Positions 1-12,759 of a stretch of DNA of 64,000 bases are shown in pieces. Under the pieces are notes generated by a model. That model saw only the letters and a program-made list of their open reading frames with translations, searched no databases and was not told the origin of the DNA. Source of the stretch: an uncultured Nitrososphaerales archaeon (GTDB lineage: Archaea; Thermoproteota; Nitrososphaeria; Nitrososphaerales; Nitrososphaeraceae). The stretch lies in NCBI GenBank assembly GCA_963841565.1, contig CAWJCY010000001.1, forward strand, positions 122,826-186,825, written 5' to 3'. Positions within the stretch are counted from its first letter, which is position 1. Each line of letters opens with the position of its first letter. A program made the position numbers and the translations under genes.

Positions 1-6
1 AATAAG

Positions 7-2947
<2,941 letters not shown>

Positions 2948-3128
2948 GCTAGCCACTAGATAACCACCTCTTTTCTTATTGGGATTCAGGGTACTGGACC
3001 TATTTACAACTATTTCTGATCAACAATCAGTGGGTTCTGGCGACTACTAACGTCAGAAGCAGTTTAAGAATACAACTAACTCTTACTGAAATGAAAAGAA
3101 AAAAAGAAAAGGATTGCCGTAATTTGGC

Positions 3129-3779
3129 TTAGTCCCACTTACTCCAAGCGGCCATCCATCTGTAAGTCCACGTATTGAGTTTTGCACCCAAAGCTGCTAT
3201 TGGCACAGATAGCACGGCTCCCGCGCCAGCTCCTAAGGCTACTGGACTATTATAGAATTTACCGACTTGTGGTTCGATTGGTGTCATGTATGGAGGCAGT
3301 GTTGGTCTTGGATACTTGAATGCCATTTCTAGCGGATCGCGTATGGTCAATAGGTTGATCATGTTAAACAATGGCAGTGAAAGTCCAACCAATGTTCCTC
3401 CTATTAGTATCGCCGCATGTTTGTTCCTTCTTGTTGCCCAGTAAGACAGGTCCAGCAACATTGCAGATGGAATCCACACCGGTACCGTAATGAAGTCGTA
3501 TGGATATCCAAGAGCAAACCAAGCCCCTTTCGCAACCCATGTATAAATCGTCATTATAGTGGCATAGTAGGTCGCTGTCCCTGGCACTCCCGTAAACAAC
3601 ATGTAATATATGGCACCCACAACGAGCATCGTCGACTGCGATATAGAGAACACGACGAATGAAGTCCAAGCCCAATCAGTGTAGAATATGTAGTCTCCTG
3701 CATTAATAGTCAGCAGCGTGCTGTTAACAGCTACGACAACTATGAACAGATAATGCGTTGTGCGTCTTAGCCAGACCAT
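3129..3779 (-). CDS. amoA: Archaeal ammonia monooxygenase subunit A
   Basis: MVWLRRTTHYLFIVVVAVNSTLLTINAGDYIFYTDW...WTYRWMAAWSKWD is canonical AOA AmoA; start placed at the ATG at 3779. Confidence 0.99.
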   Translation of the reverse strand: MVWLRRTTHYLFIVVVAVNSTLLTINAGDYIFYTDWAWTSFVVFSISQSTMLVVGAIYYMLFTGVPGTATYYATIMTIYTWVAKGAWFALGYPYDFITVPVWIPSAMLLDLSYWATRRNKHAAILIGGTLVGLSLPLFNMINLLTIRDPLEMAFKYPRPTLPPYMTPIEPQVGKFYNSPVALGAGAGAVLSVPIAALGAKLNTWTYRWMAAWSKWD

Positions 3780-3799
3780 TAACAACTCTCTGCTAGAGG

Positions 3800-3812
3800 T
3801 TATATATAAAAT
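3800..3812 (-). promoter_or_regulatory. TATA box of amoA
   Basis: Minus-strand TTTTATATATAA about 20-30 nt upstream of the amoA ATG, which fits a leaderless archaeal promoter. Confidence 0.6.
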
Positions 3813-3891
3813 TTATCTACGCTCGCAAAAAACTTGCTGATAAAAAACAGTACTATAATGCGTAACTTGCCGCTAAAAAATAAGGAATAAT

Positions 3892-4191
3892 TCAGTACGG
3901 ACGTAGAGGTTTTTCTGTTGCGATCTTCCACATCCAGAAGAAGCCTAGAGCTTCGATAACAGTAAGCACAGATAGGGCGTATATACCACTTGGCAGAGGA
4001 TATGCCCAAGGATAAACAGTTACGCCTACATAAACACCGCCAGCTGTTGCAGCCCAGCACAATGCAAAGCCTAGAATTAAGATACCCCTGTAATTTTCGA
4101 CTCTGCGTCCGATCATCTTCTCTACATCGTCTCTACTACCGCCTCCTTCAACTCGTCTGCCACCAGGCCCGAATCCCTTTGGTAAAGTCAT
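3892..4191 (-). CDS. amoX: Ammonia monooxygenase subunit X (99 aa)
   Basis: MTLPKGFG...EKMIGRRVEN, two TM helices, YPWAYPLPSG, ends EKPLRPY; directly upstream of amoA; true start at ATG 4191 rather than the ORF-track start at 4464. Confidence 0.93.
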   Translation of the reverse strand: MTLPKGFGPGGRRVEGGGSRDDVEKMIGRRVENYRGILILGFALCWAATAGGVYVGVTVYPWAYPLPSGIYALSVLTVIEALGFFWMWKIATEKPLRPY

Positions 4192-4464
4192 CTTATACAA
4201 TACCTGATCAGTACTTACCTTTTTAAATTTTGCTGTGCAAACTGAAATCAGATTGAAACCATGTATGCCAAAACAGATCCCATATCCAGGATCATCTCTA
4301 TTCAAAGTTACAAATGAAGGAAATTCTTTACGGATTATGAATTCATTTCGAAAGTTTTGATCTGCCAAAACCAAGTTGTGCTTCATGAAGGAATAGAATT
4401 TCGATCTGTCGGTAACAGCAAAATATATATCTTTGTTTCTTCTGGTATCGCTTAGAAACGACAT

Positions 4465-5019
4465 ATGATTAACAAGGCTATAGTCTTGACAGGATTGGCT
4501 GCGGTATTAGTAATGTCTAGTGCATTCGCATTTATGCCTTCTGTAGAGGGACATGGTGTTCAGGCCCAGCTCCAGAGTAGGTTTGTGAGAATTCAAGACG
4601 AATCTTTTTCTGGTCAGACACTTCAGACTGGTGATGAGCTAACAGTAACTGGAACACTACAGAGTTTGGTGAACAGACCACTTAGAGCGTGGTTGTCGCT
4701 TTTCAGCGAATCAACAAATGCAGGCAACAGGTGGGAGTTCATAGCTCGTGATCCACCCGGCAACGTCTTTGACATTGAACCAGAGGCTACAATTCCATAC
4801 TCACTAACCGTCAGAGCGCTAGAACCGGGTATTTATCATGTCCATACACAGCTCAATATTCAGACCATTGGTCCAGGACTAGGTCCAGGACAAACCGTTC
4901 AAGTGACGGGCGACCCAATTTTCAAGCCAGTTCCATGGACGAATGTGTTCTATCAAGTAATATTGATCGGAGCAGGCTTGGGCGTAACATTTGCGACTAG
5001 ACCGTGGCAAGTGATCTAG
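4465..5019 (+). CDS. amoB: Archaeal ammonia monooxygenase subunit B
   Basis: Signal peptide followed by HGVQAQLQSRF, NAGNRWE, YHVHTQ copper-site motif, C-terminal TM ending TRPWQVI. Confidence 0.98.
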   Translation: MINKAIVLTGLAAVLVMSSAFAFMPSVEGHGVQAQLQSRFVRIQDESFSGQTLQTGDELTVTGTLQSLVNRPLRAWLSLFSESTNAGNRWEFIARDPPGNVFDIEPEATIPYSLTVRALEPGIYHVHTQLNIQTIGPGLGPGQTVQVTGDPIFKPVPWTNVFYQVILIGAGLGVTFATRPWQVI

Positions 5020-5110
5020 TAATCACACACACTAACCAACCTCCCTCCTTTTTGTATTCGTTCAATAATTAGAATTCTATTTAGAGAAAATCATTACGTT
5101 CTTGAAGCAT

Positions 5111-6385
5111 TTATCGGGCTGAAATCACATCAGTTCCTACGAATCTCTTCAACGGATCAGGTACTTCTATCGTTCCGTCAGCGCGTTGAAAGTTTTCAAT
5201 AATTGCAACCAACGTTCTTCCAGTCGCGACCAGAGTGCTGTTTAGGGTATGAACTAAGCGAGTTTCTTCATCAGGCCGATCTCTAAATCTTATTCTTAAT
5301 CTCCGAGACTGATAGTCTAAGCAATTCGAGCTCGAGACTATTTCTCTATAACAGTCTTGTCCTGGCATCCAAGCTTCTATATCGTAAGTTTTAGAGGAAG
5401 TCTTACCCATGTCACCTGTACACAGAAGGACTGTCCGAATGGGGATTCCCAATTTTTCATAAAATTTCTCGGCCAATTCTACCATTTTCTGATGCTCTTT
5501 TTCCGAATCCTCTGGACGTGTGAATATGAATTGCTCAACCTTGTCAAAGTGATGCACTCGAAAGATGCCTTTCGTATCCTTTCCGTGTGCACCCGCTTCT
5601 TTTCTAAAACATGGACTGATACCAGCATATCTCAATGGAAGAGCAGATCCCTCAAGAATTTCATCCATATGCATTGCCGCCATCGCGTGCTCTGAGGTAC
5701 CAATCATGTGTAGATCTTCTCCATGGATTTTGTAAATCACATGTTCAAAATCTTCCAATACGACAGCACCTTCCATTGGCTCTCTTCTAATCATGTAAGG
5801 AGGTTGCACAGGTACATATCCTTGATCTTGTAAATAATCCAGTGCGAATTGGAGAAGTCCAATATTAAGCTTTACCATCACATTCTTCAAGAAGTAAAAG
5901 CGAGAGCCAGAAATTTTTGCAGCCCGCTCTAAATCAAACAGATCCAACTTTGTACCAAGATCGACATGATCAAGAGGGGCAAAATCGAACTTGCAAGGTG
6001 TTCCTATCGATCTAATTACCACATTATCTTGCTGATTCGCACCTACAGGTACAGAACTACTGACCAGATTTGGTAGACTCATAATCAAATGCTTGAAATT
6101 TGAATCTGTTTCTTCAAGATCTTTACCAAGTTTGAGAATTCTATCACCAATTGATTTCATCTCCCTGAGCTCTTCTGAGCAGTTCTCTCTAGTCTTCATC
6201 TTTCTCGCAATAATTTGGGAGATCACATTCTTTCGGTGTCTTGCCAAATCGCTCTCGGAGATTAAAGTGCGTCTTCTCTTATCTAGCAACAATAACTCAT
6301 CTAACGGAAAAGATAGATTTCTATGGGAGAGCATTAACCGTATCCGTTCTGGATCGTCTTTTAGTAGTCGTGGATCAATCATCAT
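5111..6385 (-). CDS. serS: Seryl-tRNA synthetase
   Basis: N-terminal coiled-coil arm, GTSEH, CFRKEAG, FRVHHFDKVEQF, HTLNST class II motifs. Confidence 0.97.
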   Translation of the reverse strand: MMIDPRLLKDDPERIRLMLSHRNLSFPLDELLLLDKRRRTLISESDLARHRKNVISQIIARKMKTRENCSEELREMKSIGDRILKLGKDLEETDSNFKHLIMSLPNLVSSSVPVGANQQDNVVIRSIGTPCKFDFAPLDHVDLGTKLDLFDLERAAKISGSRFYFLKNVMVKLNIGLLQFALDYLQDQGYVPVQPPYMIRREPMEGAVVLEDFEHVIYKIHGEDLHMIGTSEHAMAAMHMDEILEGSALPLRYAGISPCFRKEAGAHGKDTKGIFRVHHFDKVEQFIFTRPEDSEKEHQKMVELAEKFYEKLGIPIRTVLLCTGDMGKTSSKTYDIEAWMPGQDCYREIVSSSNCLDYQSRRLRIRFRDRPDEETRLVHTLNSTLVATGRTLVAIIENFQRADGTIEVPDPLKRFVGTDVISAR

Positions 6386-6644
6386 TAAGCACCATTTTCC
6401 CAATCGAAATATGACTTAAGACTTCGTCTACTGTATTGGTAATTGTCTCTATAGAACCATCACTATTGAACTCGATTGAAAGTATGTTCTCTGAAAGAGA
6501 ATGCATTTGCATTTCTAGGCCTTGGGGAAAATTGATATTGTCAGCAATGAGTGATCTCATTATTGCATCTCTTTTGCCTTCATCTTCTAGATCTAGTTCT
6601 ATATATATGGTGATTTTATTAATGAGAGGCTCTTGCATTTTCAC
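6375..6644 (-). CDS. pcc1: KEOPS complex subunit Pcc1
   Basis: 89 aa, SLIADN...FP, 'TITNTVDEVLSHI'; position in the archaeal rps15-DHH-pcc1 cluster. Confidence 0.75.
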   Translation of the reverse strand: MKMQEPLINKITIYIELDLEDEGKRDAIMRSLIADNINFPQGLEMQMHSLSENILSIEFNSDGSIETITNTVDEVLSHISIGKMVLNDD

Positions 6645-8071
6645 CGGTCCTAGGTGCAGCTTTCAAACACGAGACAAAACTTTCTAGACCGCTAGGTGGG
6701 ACTTCGCAACATAGCACATAATGCTCAAAGGGATGGGGGAGTGCATGAGAAACACTAGAGCACTTCCGTATCGCTGAAGCCATCTTTGTGTATTTTGCCA
6801 AGTCACTTGTCCGACAACAATACTTGTACGTGCCTGTTTGTGTGACTGTCCTGCCAACAAGGATCTTGCGTAAGAATTGTGGAGAGGACTCTAGAAGAGT
6901 CACGATATCTTCGAGGGCATTCTCTGCCACGGCCCCTTCCCCGTTAATGAAGACCATGTCTTTGTCAACCCAAATCCTCCATTTCTCCCCAAATAAAGTG
7001 CTTAACGATCGCCTCAGAATGTCAAGATAACGAACCACAGTTTCTTCAGCTATTGCTAACATCTTGAAGCGGTCCCCAAGGCAAACCGATATCGCTACTC
7101 CTGATTTTTGTACTCTTCCACAGACTCCAAGGAGATCTGAGTACTCCCTTGCGTCACGAAGTGGGGTTCCCCTGTCTTCCTTAAGTAGGGTGTAACTGAT
7201 CCCACGTATGCCTTCCAAAGGTAGCACCTCTGTGCCAGAATTGGTGGCAACGAATTTTGCAATCCCTTCATAGATTGACCATTTCTCCTGATCCAGAAGA
7301 TCGGTGAAAACTCGCCATTTTCCATTTTCCTTCAACTTGATCCCGGAATTTTCCACTATTGACTTAGCCCTCTGTAAGTTCCAAGTTAGTCCGTCGATGT
7401 AAGGAAAACGAGTCAGAGCGATTGCTTCGTGTATTGGCCTCCATTCTCGTCCTACCATCATAAGGTCGTCTGGTTGGCTTCGCAACAGACCTTGAGATTC
7501 ACCAACCTTGGCTATTTCAGCGTTTATCCCCTCAAGTGATCTCCCTTCTCCGCGATCCTGTCTCTCACCAAGTGAAGATAGGACAGCCAATACAGAGAGA
7601 TCCTTATTTTTTGTGTCTAATGTTATCGACAGTAGATAACAGATGCCTGCAGAGGTTATTTCTGACCAGCCATTGAGCTCGGTACCTATTGATGTTCAGG
7701 ACTTGCTGGCTATATGCTTCGTTAGATTCGGGGGCTATCTCATCTGATAGATGTCGGATCAGCAACCATTTGTTTTGAAGGCACTTGTCAAGCTTTTCGA
7801 CTGATTCATGTTCGAAATCTAATAGCAAACACAAATCATACTCATCGGAAATCGAGTTTCCAACGTGTAGAGAATCTGTTAAACTAGAGGTGCTTCTCAA
7901 TACACATTTGGTGTTTAATCTTTCAAGAGTTTGGAAGACTATACTACTTGCCGCTATTCCATCGGGGGATGGACTCGATAGAACAAGGAACTTTCCCTCT
8001 TTTCTTACGAGGTCACGAATATTATCTGAAATAGACTTGAGATCATCATCTAGTCTATTTCGTGGGTTCAT
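6619..8071 (-). CDS. RecJ/Cdc45-like DHH-family protein, degenerate motifs, split by a +1 frameshift near 7680
   Basis: Two ORFs (7604-8071, 6619-7590) join into one frame if one base is removed (…NINRY-ELNGWSEITSAGICY…LAVLSSLGERQD…GRE.RP…LRDAREY); conserved position after rps15. Confidence 0.8.
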
Positions 8072-8086
8072 CGAGAGGTCGTGAGT

Positions 8087-8539
8087 TTATTGCGCCTGTG
8101 CTATAACCGCAGCATATTTCCAATTCTTGCCAATTTTGTCCTTTATCTTGTAATACCTTGATAGACGATGTATCTTCGATTCGATCAGTTCTAGGGAACG
8201 AACGTTTCTTCTATCGCTGTTGTGTGTTCTGAGATGTCTTTGCAAGCCAAGGGCCTTTTTCACCAGCCTGTCTAGATCCTCTGGCATATCCTGCTTAACA
8301 CCGTTCTCTCTCAAAACATCGGTTATGGTTTTTCCCAAAATTGGTTTCACCAGTGGTATCCCATACTCATCTCTAAGAATGATACCAATTTGGGAAGCGG
8401 TTAAGCCATCTTCATTATACATTTTGATGATAATAGATTTAAGGTCGGAATGACTGATGTCAACCCAAGTCGGCACACTCTTGGAGGTAGGACGTGTTGA
8501 ATGAGACTTGCCGCGAGTATGTGCATGCATTCGTGCCAT
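8087..8539 (-). CDS. rps15: 30S ribosomal protein S15 (uS15)
   Basis: MARMHAHTRGKSHSTRP, IGIILRDEYGIP, LELIESKIHRLSRYYK. Confidence 0.97.
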   Translation of the reverse strand: MARMHAHTRGKSHSTRPTSKSVPTWVDISHSDLKSIIIKMYNEDGLTASQIGIILRDEYGIPLVKPILGKTITDVLRENGVKQDMPEDLDRLVKKALGLQRHLRTHNSDRRNVRSLELIESKIHRLSRYYKIKDKIGKNWKYAAVIAQAQ

Positions 8540-8642
8540 TGATAGACAACGTTCTGAGGGTCGACATCTAAATGTTACGGACACTGAAGACGGAACAGGC
8601 TTTACAAAAAAGTTAAATAATCGAGATTCGAAAAATGAACAT

Positions 8643-9062
8643 ATGAATAAAGCCTACCTACTGGCTCTATCCACTATGGCATTACTCATGGCAACCGCAT
8701 TTGTTTTGCCTGGTATTCAGACAGCGAATGCTCAGTACACAGGCGGCGGGGGCGAGGGAACGACATCAAGCAGTATTGAGGAACAGCTGAAACTTGCTAG
8801 AGAGAAAACATCACTTGCTGAGCAACAGGGTGCATACGGTTCCGGAACTTCCATGGTTAGTGGTAACCTTGACAACACTGTATTATTTATCATCATACTT
8901 GTAGTAATATTCGGAGGGGTGGCAGCCGCATTCTTCATAAAGTCCAGAGGAGCAAGAAGGGCAGTCACTTCACAATCCACGCGTCAGAGTGAACCGGATT
9001 GGAAGTTGGAAGCTCAGAGATACAAAGAAGAACTTGACGCTATGAAAAGAAATCAAAAATAG
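8643..9062 (+). CDS. amoZ: Probable ammonia monooxygenase accessory subunit Z (signal peptide, helical ectodomain, C-terminal TM)
   Basis: Signal peptide ending ANA|Q, 'IEEQLKLAREK...GSGT', TM 'IFGGVAAAFFIKSR'; resembles, from memory, the AOA-specific protein encoded next to rps15 and amoY; Y/Z naming is recalled, not searched. Confidence 0.7.
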   Translation: MNKAYLLALSTMALLMATAFVLPGIQTANAQYTGGGGEGTTSSSIEEQLKLAREKTSLAEQQGAYGSGTSMVSGNLDNTVLFIIILVVIFGGVAAAFFIKSRGARRAVTSQSTRQSEPDWKLEAQRYKEELDAMKRNQK

Positions 9063-9257
9063 ATAGGGATACTGAAACAAAACCATTCCTTCTTTTTGAA
9101 TTTTATTTATGTTTTAGTGAACATTAGGGCTCTTTTTGCCAGAAATGCGTAATTACCAGTAGTGAGCAAATCTAGTAATTTCGTTATATCAAGTGGTGAT
9201 CCGAGGGTGTAAACCAAAATGTATATATCATAGATTTTATTTGGATTATATCGTAAT

Positions 9258-9497
9258 ATGAGCGCCATTCTAAGCCTTGTGGGAATGTTCAGCACCGGAT
9301 TGGAGAGTCTTCTGAAGCAGGTAGGACCAGCATACGACCCATTGTTCTTCGATGTAATGGTATACATATTTGGGACTATGCTTTTCGCAGTTTTCCTCCT
9401 GAGTGTAATTGCATTTTGGCTCAGACGAAAGGGACTTGGAGGAGGTTCAGCTGAAAGAAAAATGGACTCAAGAATTAGAGACTTACTTCGAGCGTGA
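9258..9497 (+). CDS. amoY: Probable ammonia monooxygenase accessory subunit Y (single TM)
   Basis: 'VGPAYDPLFFDVMVYIFGT' plus TM and basic tail; tandem with the amoZ-like gene as in other AOA; naming is recalled, not searched. Confidence 0.7.
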   Translation: MSAILSLVGMFSTGLESLLKQVGPAYDPLFFDVMVYIFGTMLFAVFLLSVIAFWLRRKGLGGGSAERKMDSRIRDLLRA

Positions 9498-9688
9498 GCA
9501 GATAGGTCTTATTCCTGACGAAAAGCACCACTGGTAGTGTAACTACTCAAAAATTTCTTTTATTTGTTTTTCTTAAATTCTGAAAGGACAGTGTTTTTTG
9601 GCGTTATGATTTAATCATCTACGTTTTCTTCGGCTACGACGTTAGAAGTTAAAGTTAGCAGAACAAAAAACAGAAAACCCGCAAATGG

Positions 9689-10597
9689 TCAGAATCTTCG
9701 AACAATCTTTGGTCGTAACATTTCAGGGTGACTTTTCAATTCATGAATTAGTCTCTGAAGCTTTGATTTTTCAAATGGTAGAGTCCCGCCAATACTGTAT
9801 ACATTTGAAGCATGATTTGCTCTAAAGACTACTTCTCTAACAGGATTGAAAAGCACTATTAGCCTTTCTAGTTCATTCAAGATCTCCAAATCAGTTAACC
9901 AGGAAAATGGCTCCTTAAACTTGGACATGAACTCACCACGAACGGCTTCGTCCAGTTGGAGGTTGAGAGCGGCAAGATAGTGCGGACTAATCTGGCTCAC
10001 AACCTTGGCGGTATCAGATATGTGCACATCAGTATACGTTCTGCCGCCCAATCCGAGAATAACCATGCAAGAGAGTGTGAATTGATGATCAATTGCTTTC
10101 TCACAACTCTCAATAATCATTGAGGAAGATGCACCCTTTGTGACCTTTTGCAGCACGACGTCATTACCGCTTTCTATCCCAACATATAGCATGCTTAGTC
10201 CTCGATCTCGCAACCGCTCAAGTTCTAGGTCCTTTTTCTGGATCAGATTCCTTGGCATGGCATAGCATGAAATTCGCTTAAGACTCTTGAATTTTAGATT
10301 CAAATAGTCTAATATTTCAACCAGCCTTTCAGTCCTAACATTTATTGCATCCCCATCGGCAAGAAAGATTTTTTCGGTCAGGGGTTGGTATTTGGAAACT
10401 AAATCTATTTCGAACTTGATCTCCTCAAATGATCTCTCTTGATAAGATTTTGTTCGGTACATATTGCAGAATGAGCAGTGATTAAATGAGCATCCCAACG
10501 TGACCTGAAAGATCGTTGAGTTTGCCTCTGAAGGAGGTCTATAAAGAGGATAATCGTATACTAATTCTTCCAAGATATTAAAGAAGTAGTATCGCAT
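9689..10597 (-). CDS. Radical SAM domain protein
   Basis: YRPPSEA, CSFNHCSFC Fe-S motif, FLADGDA, GIESG, FRANHASN; the start may be the TTG at 10573. Confidence 0.88.
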   Translation of the reverse strand: MRYYFFNILEELVYDYPLYRPPSEANSTIFQVTLGCSFNHCSFCNMYRTKSYQERSFEEIKFEIDLVSKYQPLTEKIFLADGDAINVRTERLVEILDYLNLKFKSLKRISCYAMPRNLIQKKDLELERLRDRGLSMLYVGIESGNDVVLQKVTKGASSSMIIESCEKAIDHQFTLSCMVILGLGGRTYTDVHISDTAKVVSQISPHYLAALNLQLDEAVRGEFMSKFKEPFSWLTDLEILNELERLIVLFNPVREVVFRANHASNVYSIGGTLPFEKSKLQRLIHELKSHPEMLRPKIVRRF

Positions 10598-10739
10598 GAA
10601 TAATGTATATGTTGTGGATTGAAAAGGTCATTATTTTTAGACTGTCAGGTAATCTATCGATGAGATTTTGAAACGACCGCAAATATTTCATTTCGTCGTA
10701 ACATGGTGACTATTTGTGAAAGTCACCCTTGAAATGGAT

Positions 10740-10802
10740 AGCCAGGATCTAGACCTAGTTGTTTGGGGTCTGTTCGTCGCGAGGTCATCATAGCTTCTGG
10801 CT
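10740..10802 (-). ncRNA. Candidate box C/D-like small RNA
   Basis: Minus strand: 8-bp terminal stem, perfect C box ATGATGA (10791-10785), 12-nt spacer, CAGA D'-like box, internal hairpin, imperfect D box CTAGA. Confidence 0.3.
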
Positions 10803-10914
10803 CTGCCTGGAGCAGCGATTATTCACTTCATCCCCTGCAACTATTGGTATGCTCCAGTTATAAATTTGTAAGAGAATAATTCCACATAGAGTCACTCGAA
10901 ATTGTTCAGAGGAT

Positions 10915-11832
10915 TCATTGACGGTATGGGAGATGTATTATTTTCAGGTCATGTGCATCTTCTACGTTCTCATGGATGAGGCGCGCTTCTGCGAGCAACT
11001 GGCTGCTCTGCCGGTATCTGGTACTAAAATGAGTTAGTACAAGCTTCCTGGCACCAGACTGATTTGCTACCTTGGCAGCTTCGGCAGCAGTAGCATGAAA
11101 GTTTTCGATCGCCTTATGTCGGAGCTCCTCAGCATATGTTGACTCAAATATGAGTAGATCGCAATTCTCGAAAAATTTAACAAGCTTTTCGGTTGGTCTT
11201 GTATCACCGGAGATTCCAATCTTCCTCCCAGGTCGTCTTCGACCTACCACATCAGATGATCTTACTATAGTTCCGTTGATTACAATATCCTTCCCCGATT
11301 GAAGCTGTTTGTATAATTTCCCCTCTGGTATTCCTAATTGTACTGCTCTTTTGATATTAAAAATCCCAGGTCTATCCAATTCTGTCAGACAGAATGAGTA
11401 AGCTGGTACATTATGATCTGCTTCGCAACATCTCACTTCATAATCCCCCTCGCGCAACAACAATCCCTCAGATTCTATATTGTGAAGATTTACATCGAAT
11501 GAAAGCCCGAAACCTATCAGTCTTGTACTAAACTTTATAAATTCTCCGAGTCTTGGTTCACCATAAATATCAATGGGTAGGGTCCTGCCATTAAGCGATA
11601 GTGTTTGGAGTAGACCCAAGATTCCAAGTGAGTGATCAGCGTGCATGTGCGTGATAAAGACTTTCATTTTGCAATTCATCCTGAGACTTGATCTTACAAA
11701 ATTTCTTTGCATACCTTCCCCTGCATCGAAGAGAAGTATCTCATTTCCTCGAGCAATTGCGATAGAAGATAGTCCTCGTTCATCAGTTGGGGTGGCTGCT
11801 GACGTGCCCAAGAAAACGATTCTAAGATCCAT
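10915..11832 (-). CDS. rnz: Ribonuclease Z
   Basis: FLGTSAATP, DAGEG, THMHADH, GP-exosite 'LGIPEGKLYKQLQ', GDTRP, LTHFSTRY. Confidence 0.96.
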   Translation of the reverse strand: MDLRIVFLGTSAATPTDERGLSSIAIARGNEILLFDAGEGMQRNFVRSSLRMNCKMKVFITHMHADHSLGILGLLQTLSLNGRTLPIDIYGEPRLGEFIKFSTRLIGFGLSFDVNLHNIESEGLLLREGDYEVRCCEADHNVPAYSFCLTELDRPGIFNIKRAVQLGIPEGKLYKQLQSGKDIVINGTIVRSSDVVGRRRPGRKIGISGDTRPTEKLVKFFENCDLLIFESTYAEELRHKAIENFHATAAEAAKVANQSGARKLVLTHFSTRYRQSSQLLAEARLIHENVEDAHDLKIIHLPYRQ

Positions 11833-11955
11833 ACATTACTAGTTAAGTTCTGGTCTAAGGTAAATCTACCTAATATTCGTAGAGTGTATTCTATTCATAT
11901 GGCCTTCTGCAATATGCCGGTCTTCGGAGATCAGAGGTATCACATGTTACTATCT

Positions 11956-12759
11956 TCAAAGGGCTAGAAAGATCTCCTTTACTGGTTCTCTAATGCCTAA
12001 TTTTCTAATTATCCCTTCAAATCTAGTCTTGTTCGACGTGATTAGAATCTCCGTGCGGCCAATCCCTTTCTTTTTGGCCATATGATTCGTAGAGAGGTAT
12101 TTCCTCACATCATTTGCGAGAAGTTTTACAGGGTCAATCAACCTGATGGTAGGAATTAAGGAGACGAGATAGTTTGAGACAAAGGGTAGGTGGGTGCTTG
12201 CCAAAACCATAACATCAATGTGTGATTCAAGATTTTCGCGATATTCTATTGCCTTAGAGATTGCATCAAACGTCTTTCGTTCATTGGTGATATATTCACC
12301 ATTTTCAACCAAGCCTATAATTTCAGATGCGTCAAATCTGGTTACAAGTATATTCTGTGGGACTTGGGACTTGATCAAATCGCCCAATTCTTTGCTCCTG
12401 ATGGTACCTGCGGTCGCCAATATTCCTATATGCTTTTTCTTCGTCAGCTTACACGCGGTCTTGAGTGGAGGAATGATTCCCACGACACCCATTTTAGATG
12501 AGCGCTTGACATCATCAAGAATTTGAATTGAAGGAGTAATTGACGCAAGAACTACCAATTTTGGTTTATATCGCTCAAGATATCGTAGGATATCACAGAT
12601 TATGGATAGAAGTTCTTGCCTTGTCTTATTACCATATGGAAAGTGTTGTTCATCTGCAAGGTACAATAGATTTTCGGTCGGTAAGTGCTTGCGTAATTGT
12701 TTTATTACTGATAAGGAACCTAGGCCCGAGTCAAAAACGGCAATCGGATTATCCAGCAA
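11956..12759 (-). CDS. murI: Glutamate racemase (MurI)-family protein with both catalytic Cys replaced by Ser
   Basis: FDSGLGSLSV, D..HFPYG.K, GILATAGT; ASITPS and ASTHLP in place of ACNTA and GCTHYP. Confidence 0.8.
   Translation of the reverse strand: MLDNPIAVFDSGLGSLSVIKQLRKHLPTENLLYLADEQHFPYGNKTRQELLSIICDILRYLERYKPKLVVLASITPSIQILDDVKRSSKMGVVGIIPPLKTACKLTKKKHIGILATAGTIRSKELGDLIKSQVPQNILVTRFDASEIIGLVENGEYITNERKTFDAISKAIEYRENLESHIDVMVLASTHLPFVSNYLVSLIPTIRLIDPVKLLANDVRKYLSTNHMAKKKGIGRTEILITSNKTRFEGIIRKLGIREPVKEIFLAL

Noticed and set aside
4192-4464. 91-aa N-terminal extension of amoX in the ORF track
   Set aside because: It spans the amoX/amoB divergent promoters. The conserved start is MTLPKGFG at 4191, with a TATA-like element about 30 nt upstream.
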